Shown here piece by piece: positions 35,514 to 49,305 of a DNA stretch of 53,120 bases. Below the pieces are notes generated by a model. It was not told where the DNA came from and searched no databases. It saw only the letters and a list, made by a program, of their open reading frames with translations. This DNA comes from Tubiluchus corallicola (lineage: Eukaryota > Animalia > Priapulida), in assembly GCA_030141605.1 (NCBI GenBank), contig JAQGDQ010001237.1:1-53120 (forward strand), given 5' to 3'. The translations under genes were made by a program, and so were the position numbers. Position 1 is the first letter of the stretch, and the number at the start of each line of letters is the position of its first letter.

Positions 35514-35637
35514 ATGAGTGGTCGCACAGGCAGCAACATAAATTTGTCCGCTAACGACGAGTTGGAGATGTCTGGGCGGCCAGCCAGCAGGGGTGCTGGC
35601 CGGCAAAGTGCCCAGGCTAGGAATGCCTGGAATGATG
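35514..35637 (+). CDS. PKD2: Polycystin-2-like channel, putative first coding exon
   Basis: ATG...MSGRTGSNINLSANDELEMSGRPASRGAGRQSAQARNAWND + G, donor GTATGG in phase 1, joins 37909 in frame; upstream acceptor at 35486. Confidence 0.65.
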
Positions 35638-37908
35638 GTATGGAAAAACCGCACGAAGTTTCTTCTCTTCTGGACTGATACAATTTAGTAAACTTGCAGT
35701 GGAAGCTTTAGCTGTTTTTCCCTTCTCCCAAGAACCTTGTCACCCAACACAGCCCTTGAAGTTATTCAAAAACCTAGCTGCTAGTGATACCATCTTAGTC
35801 CTACTTTATGACCTTGTTGGTTACATATGCTTTTATCTCCAGGCTACTTAGATCCTATAGGAACCTTTGCTGTCCGGCCGACAAACCTGCATCCATGCCA
35901 ATCTGTAATTGAAATTCTTCCATGCATTTTATCTTAGTCTTGCCGCTTTGTCTTTCATTCTCAAAGTTTTGCTGTCTCCTATGCACCACTTATTGATTTC
36001 ACCTGTAGAGCATCGTTTGCTTCTGTTTTGAAGTTTCCTTGGTTAATTTTATTTTCATTAATTAACAATTCAATTATTTAATGGCACTAACCAGAATTTA
36101 AATACTAATGTTTTTTTATTAATAGTTTTGTTGTTGTTGTGCAACAAGAGCACGAAATTGCATGAAAATCTTGAGGTTCGGGTAGTTGCAATCATTTTAA
36201 GTTTTGAAAGTAAAAGCATTACTTTCAAGGCTTAAAAATTCAATCTAGATTCAGTTTGTTTTCTTGATAACAAATTCTTATTTAGCTAGTAGGCTTACTA
36301 CTTTTAATAGTAATACAATAATAAGAGGCGGGGATTGTAAAATAGAGGGGATTATTTCTGTTTAGTAATGCTGGTATACATAAAATTCAGGAATTAGGAT
36401 CTAGTTTCTGATTGATCATATTTTTTTTCGATTGGACGCTCAGTTAATCCAGATAGTATGCAAAAAAACTTTGTCCCATTATCGGTTTTATTGATAGTTC
36501 ACAGCAGGAAGTATTAAGATTTAACTTGACATTTGTGATGGCCGATTTTGAAATTTTGTAATTCGATTATAATCTTGTTTTGTAATTAGATATGATGCAT
36601 CCCTTATTCGTTAACTACTTTATGACTACGTCACTACACAAATAACTTGCCGTCAAATTTGAAGCCATCAGTTTTTCCTAACTGTGTTTCGCAATTGTGT
36701 GCTCTGTGTAAGGTAAGAAAAACAAAGAAAAAACGCAACGATTCCATTTATTTTTGCTAAAATGCTGCCTTTTAGTCTGTATGTGACACGTATATTTTAC
36801 TCTCTATTAATTAAATTACTGTTCAGTCACGAGTTAGATTGTTTTGTACATAGTACTAATTAGACTAATTACTACTTGGCATTTTACCGGCACAAAATAG
36901 ACTAGATTTTTTATTCATCTTGGTGTGGAAATGGAGAAACCTGTATGGCTTATTTGTGAAACTCGGAAAATTTCGAGTGCAAGATTTCAAGAATGTAGCC
37001 AGTGATGAGTGTTTAATTACTAGAAGGTGTGACTATTAAGACTACGAAAAATCGCGTTTCAACTGCCGAGCCGTGGTTTATCATCAGATGAAAAAAGATA
37101 AAAACATCACAGAAAGATATTAAAACTGTTTTTGAAGTGGTTTATATTATTTGCACATAAAATTGCCGCACTTAAAAACAGATAGCATCACATGTAACAT
37201 CACAGACGCACAATAAATAAAAATGCAGAAGTAGAAAAGCAGTAACGCTGACCAGTGGCCACAGTCCCTGTAACTTGGAGACAAACTCCTAGTGCCAGGG
37301 CTATTCGTTGATGCGATTTTTTAGCAGTCATTAGTGCCGTTGTTATTAAGAATTAAATTTGCGTTAAACTGATAAATGTGTTTGTAGAAATGGCATTTGA
37401 AGGGTTAGTAATGTTGGGGCGGGGCGGGGGGGGGGTAGAGGGGGGTCACAATTTCAAGAAGTTTTGATGGTTTGCAACTCGACTGTTTCTGGTTCTAGGA
37501 TTACTTTCCTGCGTAGTTAGTGTTGTCGTTATTTACGCATCTTAAATTATGAGTATTTTAATGTTAGATCATTATTGTGAGGTTTTGAGTGTTTATTTTA
37601 AATATTTGTGAAATTTAACATTTTGATAAATTGTTTGGCTTGTAGGTACAAAACCTGCAGGCCAGTCGTTTTACTAAAATGTTAAATTTCAGCTATTTGG
37701 ACGCGATGCATTTGCTTTTTTGTTTTGCTTTCTGTTCTTGTTAACTCTACGGAACTTTGTGTTTAAATTTAAATGTTTATGCATGTATATGAATGTGCCT
37801 GACTGCTCACAGAATTTTGTTCACTTTTTAAAGTTTCTCTCCAAGTTTGTTCACTCTCTTAATACTTACTTTTAATCGCGAATATTCATTTTGTGTATTT
37901 TTGGTTAG

Positions 37909-38067
37909 GTTTGCCTGGTCTAGACAATCCAGCAATGCATGATCCGGAGTTGGCGTTTGACAGTGACATGGGCCAGGAGTCCAGCTATGCCGGCGGATAT
38001 GAAGAACGGCATGTTGTGGTCGAGGAATCACAGGGTTGCTGGTATTCCTTTAAGCGCGGTTTACGAG
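37909..38067 (+). CDS. PKD2: Polycystin-2-like channel, coding exon 2
   Basis: AG/GT bounded, 159 nt, phase 1-1; ends GCWYSFKRGLR, which leads into GLW as in TRPP proteins. Confidence 0.8.
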
Positions 38068-39459
38068 GTAAGACTTAATCGTAGACTTTTGTTTAATATG
38101 ACTTAGTTTGTCCGAATAAGTCTTGTAAAAAGTTCTTTTAAGCTTCTGGGATTTAAAGAGCTTGCTTATATTTCCGATTATATTTCCGATTGATTTTAAA
38201 ATGCAGGTATATCCACGGTTTTCAAAAGGATATTGTTTCTCTTTTGTTAAGTGTGCGAATCGGGGCATGTTTATTAAGGGCAGTTTCAAGTGATTCCAAG
38301 AAACAGTAAAAAGCATCATTTACCTTAAGTTGACTATAGAAAATATTAGAATGTAATTGTCCCAAATGCTCAAAAATGTGAAATGTGGCTACGACAAATC
38401 TTTTAGTATCTCTTATTAATTTTGTATTGGTGATTTCCTTCTACAAGCTTGAGATGAGTTAACAGTTGCAAAGATGGGCAAATGATCAGTCAATTCATAA
38501 TGCAAACAGTGATGGAATTTTGAAACTTGTTATTATAAATATGATTAATTAGGTCAAAGGTTTGTGAATTGTTAGTAATAGGAGTTGGCTGAGTGACGAC
38601 TGGATGAAACTTGAAACTTAGGAACAAACAAGATGGCTGGTCATTCCAAAAAATCCAACAAACAAAAATGTCTAAACTTGATAATTAACAGATGATTCTT
38701 GACAATTGTTTGTTCGTTAACAAGTTCTTCAACACTCTTTTGTGTCGTAAAATCAGTTTCGTATAGCCTGGAAATCTAAATTCATTTTTAAATGTATCTA
38801 ATTACTCTAAAACTCTTTCTCTAAAAACCACTCTATCAGCCATAAATTTCATCCAGTTTTTGGCTTAAATTACTTCAGTCGCTTTATTCTGTTGTGTAAA
38901 CATGTTTATTTGAATACAGAATTGTCAATAAAGCAATGGATGCTGCGTAACTCAAGTTTATTCTATGTAAGCATTGATACCCACTTGCATCCATTACAAA
39001 AACAGTTAAATAAGATGCACTTACTGTTATAAATTACACTTACAATTACAATTATACGCTTTATATTCATATTGGGAAACATTCTTTGTCACTTTTTTTG
39101 CAATTTGATAAGTACTGTGTGTTTAATACGAGATGATTTATTTGGTTCATTCTTGTTGAATTAATAAGTTTTCTTCCGCTTGAAAGTAAAGGTGACTTGT
39201 GTGAATAAACCTGCAAAACCATCGGTAGTTATGTGTAAATTATGAATAATTGATTACCGAAGTCTTGGATCACGTCAGCACAGTGGTTATGATTGCAATT
39301 TCATTTTAAACCAGTCCTGAATTATTAATATCCAATTCAGTTAAGATGTTTATTGCGCAAGTGGAAATTACGTGTGATTTGTCTTGCATAATTGGGTAAG
39401 CTTAGTAGTGATGTTTGTGACAAAGTATCCTGTTGCAACTTGCAGCTGTTACTAATGAT

Positions 39460-40025
39460 CAGGGTGCATAAGATTATGGATATGTATAAAATAAATAAAA
39501 TAGCTTATTTTATGGATTTTTGAAATTTTATTTTATGGATATCAATAAAATAAGAAATAGACTATATCTGGAATGAGATGCCCAGGGGGAAATCAATTAA
39601 AAAGTAAAAACAGGAGTGCTTGAAACATGTTTTTAAACACGCAGGACTTAGTTCTAATTTTATTACTACTATATTAGTCTACAGAGAGTACGTCTCTGTT
39701 GGCTGGGTCTCTCTCAGTTATTTTCAGACCGAACTCCAGCTCATGCTTTGGTTGAAACTTCGCCGCCTTGATAACAAAAAGACAATGAGAAAAAAAACAA
39801 TGTAAAATAGCAAATCCGGAAATGCGCTTTTGTTGGTTTGTTTTCTTTCTCTCCTTCTAACGTTCGTTTTCAGTGTTGCCAATGCTTACAACTCGTTACT
39901 TTGTACAAAAAATCACAAAAAAATATTTTTTTATTTTATGCATTTCTTTTTTTATGAATTTTTCAAATTTTATTTTATGGATTTTTGATCTTATTTTATG
40001 GATATCCATAATCTTATGCAGCCTG
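39460..40025. mobile_element. hAT MITE, family B copy 1
   Basis: TIRs CAGGGTGCATAAGATTATGGATA and TATCCATAATCTTATGCAGCCTG; perfect 8-bp TSD CTAATGAT. Confidence 0.92.
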
Positions 40026-40511
40026 CTAATGATGCTGCCTGGCTTAGCGACTAATTTGCCCCTGAAAAAACTTAGATTGATTCGTCCCTTTATTCATATT
40101 TGCTCTTTTCACTGGAGCAAGAATTGTACCATTTGTGATCCAGATTTTGCTCAAGTGTTCTTGTCGCGCATTTTCATTTGCGATTCTTAATTTAAATCAC
40201 TACTACTAATAATTAAACAGGTGCCGGCACCTACATTAAAATTATTTATTATTGACTGACTTGAGTTTAATCCGGGTTGTGGCCTTGTTCTGTGCTGCTC
40301 AGTCTGTACCTGCTGGGCTACCCATATATGGTAGTGTGGATTGCTAGTATGTTTTACTAGCCAATCAGGTAAGCTCAGTGGGTGCATGTGACTTGGCTAG
40401 ATCTGCCAAGACCAGCCTAAGCTTTTTTCTGCTTCTTGGACATTGCTGTTGTATGGTCTCCATGTGTCTTCTGTCCTGTAATTAATAGTGTAATATGTAA
40501 ATAGAAATAGC

Positions 40512-41253
40512 CTTTCACAGTTCAATACAATTTCATATTCTTTGTTTCAACCACCAGAGTGAACCAGTCTACACTAACTTCATTCTCTCGCAGTTCAACA
40601 CAATTTCATATTCTTTGTTTCAACCACCAGAGTGAACCAGCCTACCACAGTCTACACTAACTTCAGTCTTTCACAGTTCAACAAAATTTCATATTCTTTG
40701 TTTCAACCACCAGAGCAAGCCAATCTACAACAGTCTACTATAACTTCAGTCTTTCACAGTTCAACACAATTTCATATTCTTTGTTTCAACCACGAGGGTG
40801 AACCAGTCTACACTGACTTCAGTCTTTCACAGTTCAACACAATTTCATATTCTTTGTTTCAACCACCAGAGTGAACCAGTCTACAACAGTCTACACTAAC
40901 TTCTGTCTTTCACAGTTCAACACAATTTCATATTCTTTGTTTCAACCACCAGGGTGAACCAGTCTACACTGACTTCAGTCTTTCACAGTTCAACACAATT
41001 TCATATTCTTTGTTTCAACCACCAGAGTGAACCAGTCTACAACAGTCTACACTAACTTCAGTCTTTCACAGTTCAACACAATTTCATATTCTTTGTTTCA
41101 ACCACCAGAGTGAACCAGTCTACAACAGTCTACACTAACTTCAGTCTTTCACAGTTCAACACAATTTCATATTCTTTGTTTCAATCACCAGGGTGAACCA
41201 GTCTACAACAGTCTACACTTACTTCAGTCTTTCACAGTTCAACACAATTTCAT
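40512..41253. repeat. ~72-82-bp tandem repeat (~9-10 copies)
   Basis: Unit CTTTCACAGTTCAACACAATTTCATATTCTTTGTTTCAACCACCAGAGTGAACCAGTCTACA(ACAGTCTACA)CTAACTTCAGT. Confidence 0.95.
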
Positions 41254-41779
41254 CTGTTATCTTCTGCTCTAGGCTACTTTTTTCAACAAACAGGGGTCAT
41301 AGCTCATTTCTTGAGGAATAGTTTGCAGCTGGTTTCACATAGGAAAAGTATTTTTCAATTCTTGAACATATTATAAAGATGTTTTTAAACATGTAAAAGA
41401 CATCTGTACAATGGACATTGCACTTGTGCAACTCTGTACTGCATACTAATGGTTTTACTGTTCATGGCCGTGTACAAAATAAATATGTTTGAATACACAT
41501 TCGCATTGACAACACCAGAAACAGTTTGGTTACAAAACATTTTAAAACTTGAACCGGTCAACATGCGCGTTCATAAGCATAAACAATATATATAATGGCG
41601 CATTGCAGCGTTCAAGTAAACTCGCAGTAGCTCACCAAATAACTCACAAGCGTGTTCATACTAGGGAGCATCTACCAGCAGTGGCTGTTAGAGAGCTTGT
41701 AATAAAAACTCACGAGAGAAGACTAGTCTGAACGCGCCATAAGTATGTCATGAAAACAAATAGAAGAGAACGTCTAAGA

Positions 41780-42236
41780 CAGGGGCGTGCAAATTATCTG
41801 ACTAGCAGGGCCACATTAAACTTACCCGCAATTCCTGTGGGCCGCAGGCAGTTTAATCAAGCAGCCAAGTACAGAAAGGCCTAATAACGATTTTTTGCAT
41901 CCGACCTGCATACATCATTACTACTACACTCAAGAAACTATTTTAGAAGTTATTAAAATTTATAATACAAACCATATATTTCTACTTTCAGGACAGATAG
42001 TGGTAATTTCATTACAATGTATATTAGTAATGTGTATCACACAGTCTGTGTAGTACAGTGTTATTAAGCTACAACCGTCTTGTAAGGGTTAATGGCATCC
42101 GATCTAGTAGAAAAAAATACCTGCACTATCTTTGGGATCGTGGCACGGACTTCAGCTGGGTACACTCAATATCGCCCGGGCCGCACTTTCATTAGCTTGA
42201 CAAATCTCTTCGCGGGCCGCAATTTGCACACCCCTG
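41780..42236. mobile_element. hAT (Charlie/Buster-like) MITE, family A copy 2
   Basis: CAGGGGCGTGCAAATT...AATTTGCACACCCCTG; perfect 8-bp TSD GTCTAAGA; reverse complement of 20003-20434. Confidence 0.92.
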
Positions 42237-42569
42237 GTCTAAGAACATGTAGTTTAGACCTTACCCAGTGTAACAAGTCATATATTAATGACACAGAGAC
42301 AAAATTAATAGTGAATGTAACTATGTTAGTTCTACTTAATTTATTGACGAATCCAGTTAAGTAGCCTTCTGTAGCAGACTTCAGAATTAGAACAGACACA
42401 CATATGATCTGTATGTTATTTATACAGAGGCCTGCAAATAGAGGGCTTGGTCAATTTTTCAGCTTCTGTATGTGTGTATATCTCTGTGTTTGTGTAAGTG
42501 TATAAATTGTCCAACGTATTTTTGAATAAAAGACACAATAATAATAATATATGTTATTGGGATTTTCAG

Positions 42570-42683
42570 GATTATGGGCAACGCGACAGACGGAGGACAC
42601 AAAGTCAGATCGGGAGAAGTACGTGCGAACAACGTTACGAGAACTTGTCATCTATATTGTGTTCCTTCTCATCCTCTGTGTTT
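42570..42683 (+). CDS. PKD2: Polycystin-2-like channel, coding exon 3 (S1 helix)
   Basis: [38 protein letters not shown]; 114 nt, phase 1-1. Confidence 0.92.
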
Positions 42684-42740
42684 GTAAGTAATCCTGTTGA
42701 TTTAAAGATTTGCATGCATCGGTTCAGTGGGGCTTTCCTG

Positions 42741-43274
42741 CAGGGACGAGAATTTTCCGCAGATACGCGGAATTCCGAGTTTTCGGAAGACCAGTAGTGC
42801 CATTTTTGTAAATCGCGTAAATTTGTTGAGGAAATTTTTACGGACCCAGTACATTATTTCGCAAGCTGACCGCTAGATGGCAGGCCGTCACTTTGTTTAC
42901 ATGACGTACATCAGTGTAACCACGTGTATATCTCTATGTATAAAAATATAGAATCAATTATGCAGAGTTATTTGAGTCAATTGCAGACAGTTTTTATATA
43001 CTTTTGCATAGGAGCGGCCAGTAATTAGGCGTTTTTGAGACAATTAGGTATCATGTATCCTTGATAGTTGGGTATTTTAAATTATGCATGAAACAAGTTA
43101 ACTGATATTTTAAGTCCACTTAGAGGCTCTCTATGGTCACAAAATTGCTATTTGTTGCTTCGCCCCCTTGAACCCCCATGGGGACTTTGCCCCTCAACCC
43201 CATCAGGGGCCTAGGCGGCCCCAAAATCCCCGGCCTGTTTCAGAGTTTTTTGCAATTTGTCATTCTCATCCCTG
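42741..43274. mobile_element. MITE family C copy 1 (hAT-like)
   Basis: TIRs CAGGGACGAGAAT and ATTCTCATCCCTG; two further direct copies in the window. Confidence 0.85.
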
Positions 43275-45675
43275 TTTTCTGCTTGAAAAGAAATAAATAA
43301 TCGGATCGAAATTGTTAAAGGAAAACAATGCCTAATTTAATAGTGTAGCTCAAAATAGCCGTTCGTGTAAAACAATGGAGTGGCAATAATTGTTTTTGTG
43401 AAGATAATTTCTTTAAGTTATTACACCAAGTGTTTTTAAATGTGCAACAAAACTTTGAAAACTGTTGTACACAAAATATGCTTTAAATTAGGTTAGCAGT
43501 CCATTGCAGCTGTAAGCATAGAGTGACCTTGAGAAAGCACATGTCAGTTCAGCAGTAAACGTGAATCTTGGTGTCTTGAATTAAACTTATTAGAGTTTCT
43601 GTGCTTCATTGTCAAATCTACACAACAGCGCTGTGTTGCAATCTTTTTTTTGCGAGATGTAGTACTTTCATATGGAAGATTCCTGTCATTGTAGCCAACA
43701 ATTATTTCATCATTGCTTGTGGGCGAATTAATTAAGTTTTTGAGCTATTATTTCACTATAGGAAGGGCTTCGGTGACTCATAAGTTGTGAAATACGTATT
43801 TTTGACATTGCGTGAAAATGAAAGTGTGATCTGCTTTGTGTGATGGAGAGAAAGTTTTGACATGCCCCACTTGAGGGTTGTAAAGTATTGTACTTTTATT
43901 GGCTATACTGTGACAATGTTGCTTTGTATTTTAGATATTTCACTGTGTGGTTTTTCTTTGTCAATGTGAGTGAATGCAGTTTTCTTATTTACCCGATCAA
44001 TAGGGTTTTTCATGTAGCGTACCACTTGTATTGTAAAACTTCTACCTGGCTACCAATAATCCACCTGACGATCATATTACCTGACGTTAACACTGAAGGA
44101 TCAATTATCACCTGGCAATGACGAAAATCCGCTTTCAACTTCGTCTTATTGCCTAGCAACCGAGGCTCTGTTTGTTAGCAACGGGCTTCTTGACGACAGC
44201 GAAATAATGAATTGGTGGTGTAATTGTTGAATTATTCACAATCTTCGGTGATTAGCTGGTAACTTAGCGATGAATTATTAATGACGAACGTTCAGAAGAT
44301 GGCGCCGTGTTTTGCAACATTTGCTTGCGTCAAAATCCGGCCACGTTTTGGATTGGTATCCGAAGTCCAGCATCACACTAGACAATCAGATCATAACATT
44401 TGCAACATCTTTCGTCTCCTTTTGCTAGTTTAGTAAATGTTCATCAGGGCTCTCTGGATCTGGTATGGAGTTTAGAGACTAATTTCATCGCGTTAAGCAC
44501 GGGGTAGCTCCCCTTGGCCCTTTATGTGCTTTCAGAATTTAACAAGCTGCTTGCTTGTATATGGTTGTTAGCTGCAGAATAGAGTGCCAGTTAAAATTCA
44601 TTATGTAACAATGGGGACATTATGTAAGAATGAGACATTATGTATCAAAAATGCTATGCTGTGTTTTTAACATTTACACCAGTTTTTAACATCAGCTTAA
44701 TGCAAAATGTCGTGCATTATGTAACAAGCTTACATAAAGTTGGTCTTGATTTCCGGTTTGGTCTTCTGGAGGTCGGAATTTGTGTTTGCTGTAATTATTG
44801 GACTGTAACAAAATTTTTTCTGCTCTAGATGTGGGTCGGGCTTGTCTAAAGTTTGTTAACATTTCATGTGGCAGTCATCGTTAGTAAAGTACGATATTCA
44901 TACCACATTTGACGCATATTATTGATTTTCTAGTTCGGGTTTCTAGTTTCGTGTCATTGAGAAACATATTTTGATGGATTTCACTGACTGCATAAATAAG
45001 TTATTGTGCTTTGTGGCAGCCGTTGGCAAGGTAGCATGGTAACGCTGGCCATCGCTTGGAAACTCCGCCTGTCAACTCTTGCATTAAATTGTGGTTGTGT
45101 TTTCTGGGGATTGATTTTTTGAATGGAGGAGAGGCAAAGGCACTATTTGTTGTATAAGAATGTTTGATACTAAAAAGTTAACGAAATAGTAAGGAAAAGA
45201 CAGTCTAACGACTTTTTATTTTTGCTGTAAAAGTTGTACAAAAGTTTTGTCTGAGTTAAATTCTATTTTTTAGCTGTAGGGAAGACAACGCTTGACAGGC
45301 TGTTTGCTTTACGTTAATTTCTAAGCTGATAAAGATAAACAAGAAAAAAATGAAAAAGAGAATAAACAAGAATAGCCATATGCTAAATGATCTTAAGAGC
45401 TTTTTTGACAAATTGCATTTAATTTAGTGAAATTACAGTGTTCTCATAAAGTGACCTCGACATTAACAACATTCTTATTGGATTGATAATAAGGTTTGTT
45501 AGTTGCCGACACATTACTTTTTCTGTCTGCCATTCTTGTCTGGAGTATTTTTTAATCGAGTTGAAAGTTTAGTATCCTTGCTTGGATTCAGAATGGTGGA
45601 TATAGGAAACCCTGACGGCATTTTTTGTTGGCCCGCTGAACATGTTTTATGAGAGTCACTAATTAGAATAATAAC

Positions 45676-46145
45676 CAGGCTGCATAAGATTATGGATATC
45701 CATAAAATAAGACCAAAAATCCATAAAATTTGAAAAATTCATAACATAAAAATATTTTTTTGTGATTTTTTGTACGAAGTAACGAGTTGTAAGCATTGGC
45801 AACACTGAAAACGAACGTTAGAAGGAGAGAAAGAAAACAAACCAACAAAAGCGCATTTCCGGATTTGCTATTTTACATTGTTTTTTTCTCATTGTTTTTT
45901 TGTTATCAAGATGGCGAAGTTTCAACCAAAACATGAGCTGGAGTTCGGCCTAAAACTAAGTCCTGCGTGTTTAAAAACACGTTTCAAGCACTCCTGTTTT
46001 TACTTTTTAATTGATTTCTCCTTGGGCATCTCGTTCCAGATATAGTCTATTTCTTATTTTATTGATATCCATAAAAAAATTTCAAAAATCCGTAAAATAA
46101 GCTATTTTATTTATTTTATACATATCCATAATCTTATGCACCCTG
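45676..46145. mobile_element. hAT MITE, family B copy 2 (inverted)
   Basis: Reverse complement of 39460-40025; TSD ATAATAAC/GTAATAAC. Confidence 0.92.
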
Positions 46146-46384
46146 GTAATAACGCAAGGGTTACGATGCATTTAAGGTTTTTGAAAAAAAGAGTTTGTTA
46201 TGTCGTTTATACTATCCGAATGGTTTTATGAAATGAACCTCTTGTGACACGAGTCTCTTGGTGCTGTTAATGTATGCTATACGTGTAGGTGTTCTAAAAG
46301 CAGTATGCGGTTTAGCTTTAGGTGACTTTGGGTAATGAATTTACGATCTTTTTCGTGCTGATTGAAATTTGTGAGCACGCTTGT

Positions 46385-46740
46385 TAAGCAAGTAAGTAAG
46401 TAAGTAAGCAATTTATTGTCATTATAGCGTAATACATACAATGAAATTTATGTGGTTTTACGTACTGCAACAACTTATAGAAACAACAAGGAGATTAACA
46501 CAAATAATTTAATCAATTGTACAGTGACGTAGAGAATTAATATTGGAGATTTATTGAAATTTACTGTTGATGGTGCGAATTGCAATGGGATGGAAATAAT
46601 TTAAACTTCTTGTGGTTTCAGCGTTAATTGAGCAGAATCTACGACCAGAGGGGAGCATTTCAAAATATTTATCACCTTGATGGAATTCATCTTTCATGAT
46701 AACTTGCACTCTCTTTGCGACCCTAGTTTCATACAAATTA
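46385..46740 (-). mobile_element. Rex1/Babar-like LINE 3' fragment
   Basis: IMKDEFHQGDKYFEMLPSGRRFCSINAETTRSLNYFHPIAIRTIN C-terminal signature; AATAAA plus a (CTTA)n tail. Confidence 0.75.
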
Positions 46741-46889
46741 TTGTTATTACTGTTATTAGTCAATGCTGACATGAAACAAACAATTTCCATGCAGATACGA
46801 TTTTGCACGAGCTCTAATATGTTTTAAGATTAGTACTGAAAGTACACATATGGGCATGTAGTATAACCCTTTAATCGTCTGTTTTACAG

Positions 46890-47020
46890 TAACTTTTGGA
46901 ATGACAAGTTCCACTATGTTCTACTACACCAAAGTTCTGTCGGAGTTGTTCCTGGATGCCCAGTTTAATGACACGCGGAATACGTATAGAGGAATGAACC
47001 AAATGCTGGACTTCTGGAGG
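46890..47020 (+). CDS. PKD2: Polycystin-2-like channel, coding exon 4
   Basis: TFGMTSSTMFYYTKVLSELFLDAQ...DFWR; phase 1-0. Confidence 0.92.
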
Positions 47021-48165
47021 GTAAGACGCTTAAATGTGGAATGTTTTCTGTTTGGGTTTTTGAACCCGGGCTTGAAAATATCATTAAAATGAACTTATTT
47101 CAATAATAATAATAATAATAATAAATCTTTTATTTATCCTTTAACACACGCACAGTTGTAATACAATTAATTTGGTAACAAAAATGTGAAGAAAGGGCAG
47201 CGAAAGACCAATTGGTCATCTAGTCAGCTGCCCTTTGGTTAGTGAACATATTTAATAGGCGCTATGCTACAGTGTATTAGTGTTAGTTCTGCTTATAATA
47301 AAGATTTAATTGTTACGAATGACATTAAATTGATATGCTTATAACGTGTTAGTACAATTCATACACAGTAATAATAAGTGCATAATAAAAGAATATCAAA
47401 CTGAAAATAACTGAAATAAGAACTGAAACAAGAACTGAAATAAAAATCTGACAACAGGAACATAATAACAATGGCAACTGAAATTTACTTTATAACACAA
47501 GCATAATTCTTAGACATAAGCAGCCAATGTATAATGGAGTCATAATATATCATAATAATGTAAAAAAATACAGAGCGATTTTTGTGTATTATGTAATCAA
47601 GTGTATTATACGGAAGCAGAAGTTATTCATTAGACAATGAAAACATTGAAATTCATGACTTACGGAAGTATGAAAGCTGAAATTAGAAAAATTAAAATAA
47701 GAGTGACATGTGATATTATAGTTAACACAGTGACCAATCTCGTTTTAATTTTTCCAATCAATTCGAGATCATTTAGTGGAAAATTTTATTTAGAGCTGAA
47801 TCACAAAGTGCCAGTTGTACTTGTTGATCTGTTCTCTCAAAGGTTGATTTGACCCTTTGTTGAAGAGATTTGATAATTTCTTGTTTGTTTATCTATAATT
47901 CATTTAATTAGTAATAGTGATAGCTATATTACAAGAATAATATGCATGCTTGAATTTGCTGCGGTCCTTTTAAAAGTTTAAGAGCTTGAAATTGCAATTT
48001 TTGAATACATTTCCATTTAAATTTTGTCTAAAAAATAATTGAAAGGACTTTTTAGCTTAACTGGGTTTGAACTTGTGACCTTTTGTACGCTGCACATAGT
48101 GCTATTACCGCTCGACAGTGCGTTACGTCTAACCTGTCTAATTGCTCTGCATTATTTGAATTCAG

Positions 48166-48344
48166 TTTTCCTACGAACCAATGCTGAACGGTCTGTATTG
48201 GGAGGAATGGTACAACGGACAGCCTGTTAACTTCACTAGGGCAAACGGCAGTTTCATATTCTACGAGAACAAGTTGCTCGGCGTGCCTCGATTCCGACAG
48301 CTACGCGTACGACCCAACTCCTGCGTAGTACACTCTGATTTTCA
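48166..48344 (+). CDS. PKD2: Polycystin-2-like channel, coding exon 5 (TOP domain)
   Basis: ...[11 protein letters not shown]...[25 protein letters not shown]; phase 0-2. Confidence 0.95.
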
Positions 48345-48477
48345 GTAAGTCTCGCTACGATGCGTCAGTATCATATTACTTACTTAATTGTATATGCTTA
48401 CATTGCTTACTAATCTTGTTAATTAATGTTATTTTGTTTGTTGATCTGTTTGTTTATTTGATGAGATTATACCAGGA

Positions 48478-48517
<40 letters not shown>

Positions 48518-49180
48518 TTTTTATTCACACTCTAGGTATATATATATATTACTGTTATTACAGGAGGCTGAGTAGTCAAAATTGATGTGCTAAAATTACT
48601 TTTGTGGAAAATTAAAGAGTTAAAGACATCGCATGTTCTTTGCAGTGAATAAATAGGGCATTTTTTTACTTGTAAAAAAATGCGTGTTCGCATCTAGCGG
48701 CATTGTTTGTTTAAAAAAATGCTCGTCGACAGCTAGCTCCTTTCCACTTATTCTTATCTAATTGCACTTATCTATTATTCTTATCTAAAATCTTGGGGAA
48801 TTTAAACGTCTAATTAACTCACGGACTGGTGTATCATGTAAATGTGCCATTTGTAAATTCAACGAACTTCCCAATTTTGTTAAGTCGTAATTAAATGCTG
48901 AAATGTTGGCAGGAAAAATTTTTATTGACCTAGATAGCTTTTTGTGTAAATTTTAGAAAATGTTACTGCCTAAAATTTTACTGTCTCAAATTTTTACTGT
49001 CTTCATGTAGTTATAAATTTTTCTTGTACCAATACCTCTGGTGTCATCCAAAAGATTTTAAGAAGTATATATTATTACCATGTTATCGCTCGTATACATT
49101 GTTTGATATCGGTTTACGAGCTTTAAGCTCATGTTTCTACAAATATGTACTGTTTATATCATACCGATGAAAATAAATAT

Positions 49181-49256
49181 TATCTTATCTCATCTTATCT
49201 TATCTTATCTTATCTTATCTTATCTTATCTTATCTTATCTTATCTTATCTTATCTT
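49181..49256. repeat. (TCTTA)n microsatellite
   Basis: Direct read. Confidence 0.9.
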
Positions 49257-49305
49257 TAATTGCACATGGAGTTTTCCAAATGATCCGTTATTGTCTTCCT
49301 TTTAG

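Noticed and set aside
37050-37090. Second hammerhead-like motif (minus strand CTGATGA...GAAACGCG)
   Set aside because: No U-H cleavage site in register and no stem I pairing.
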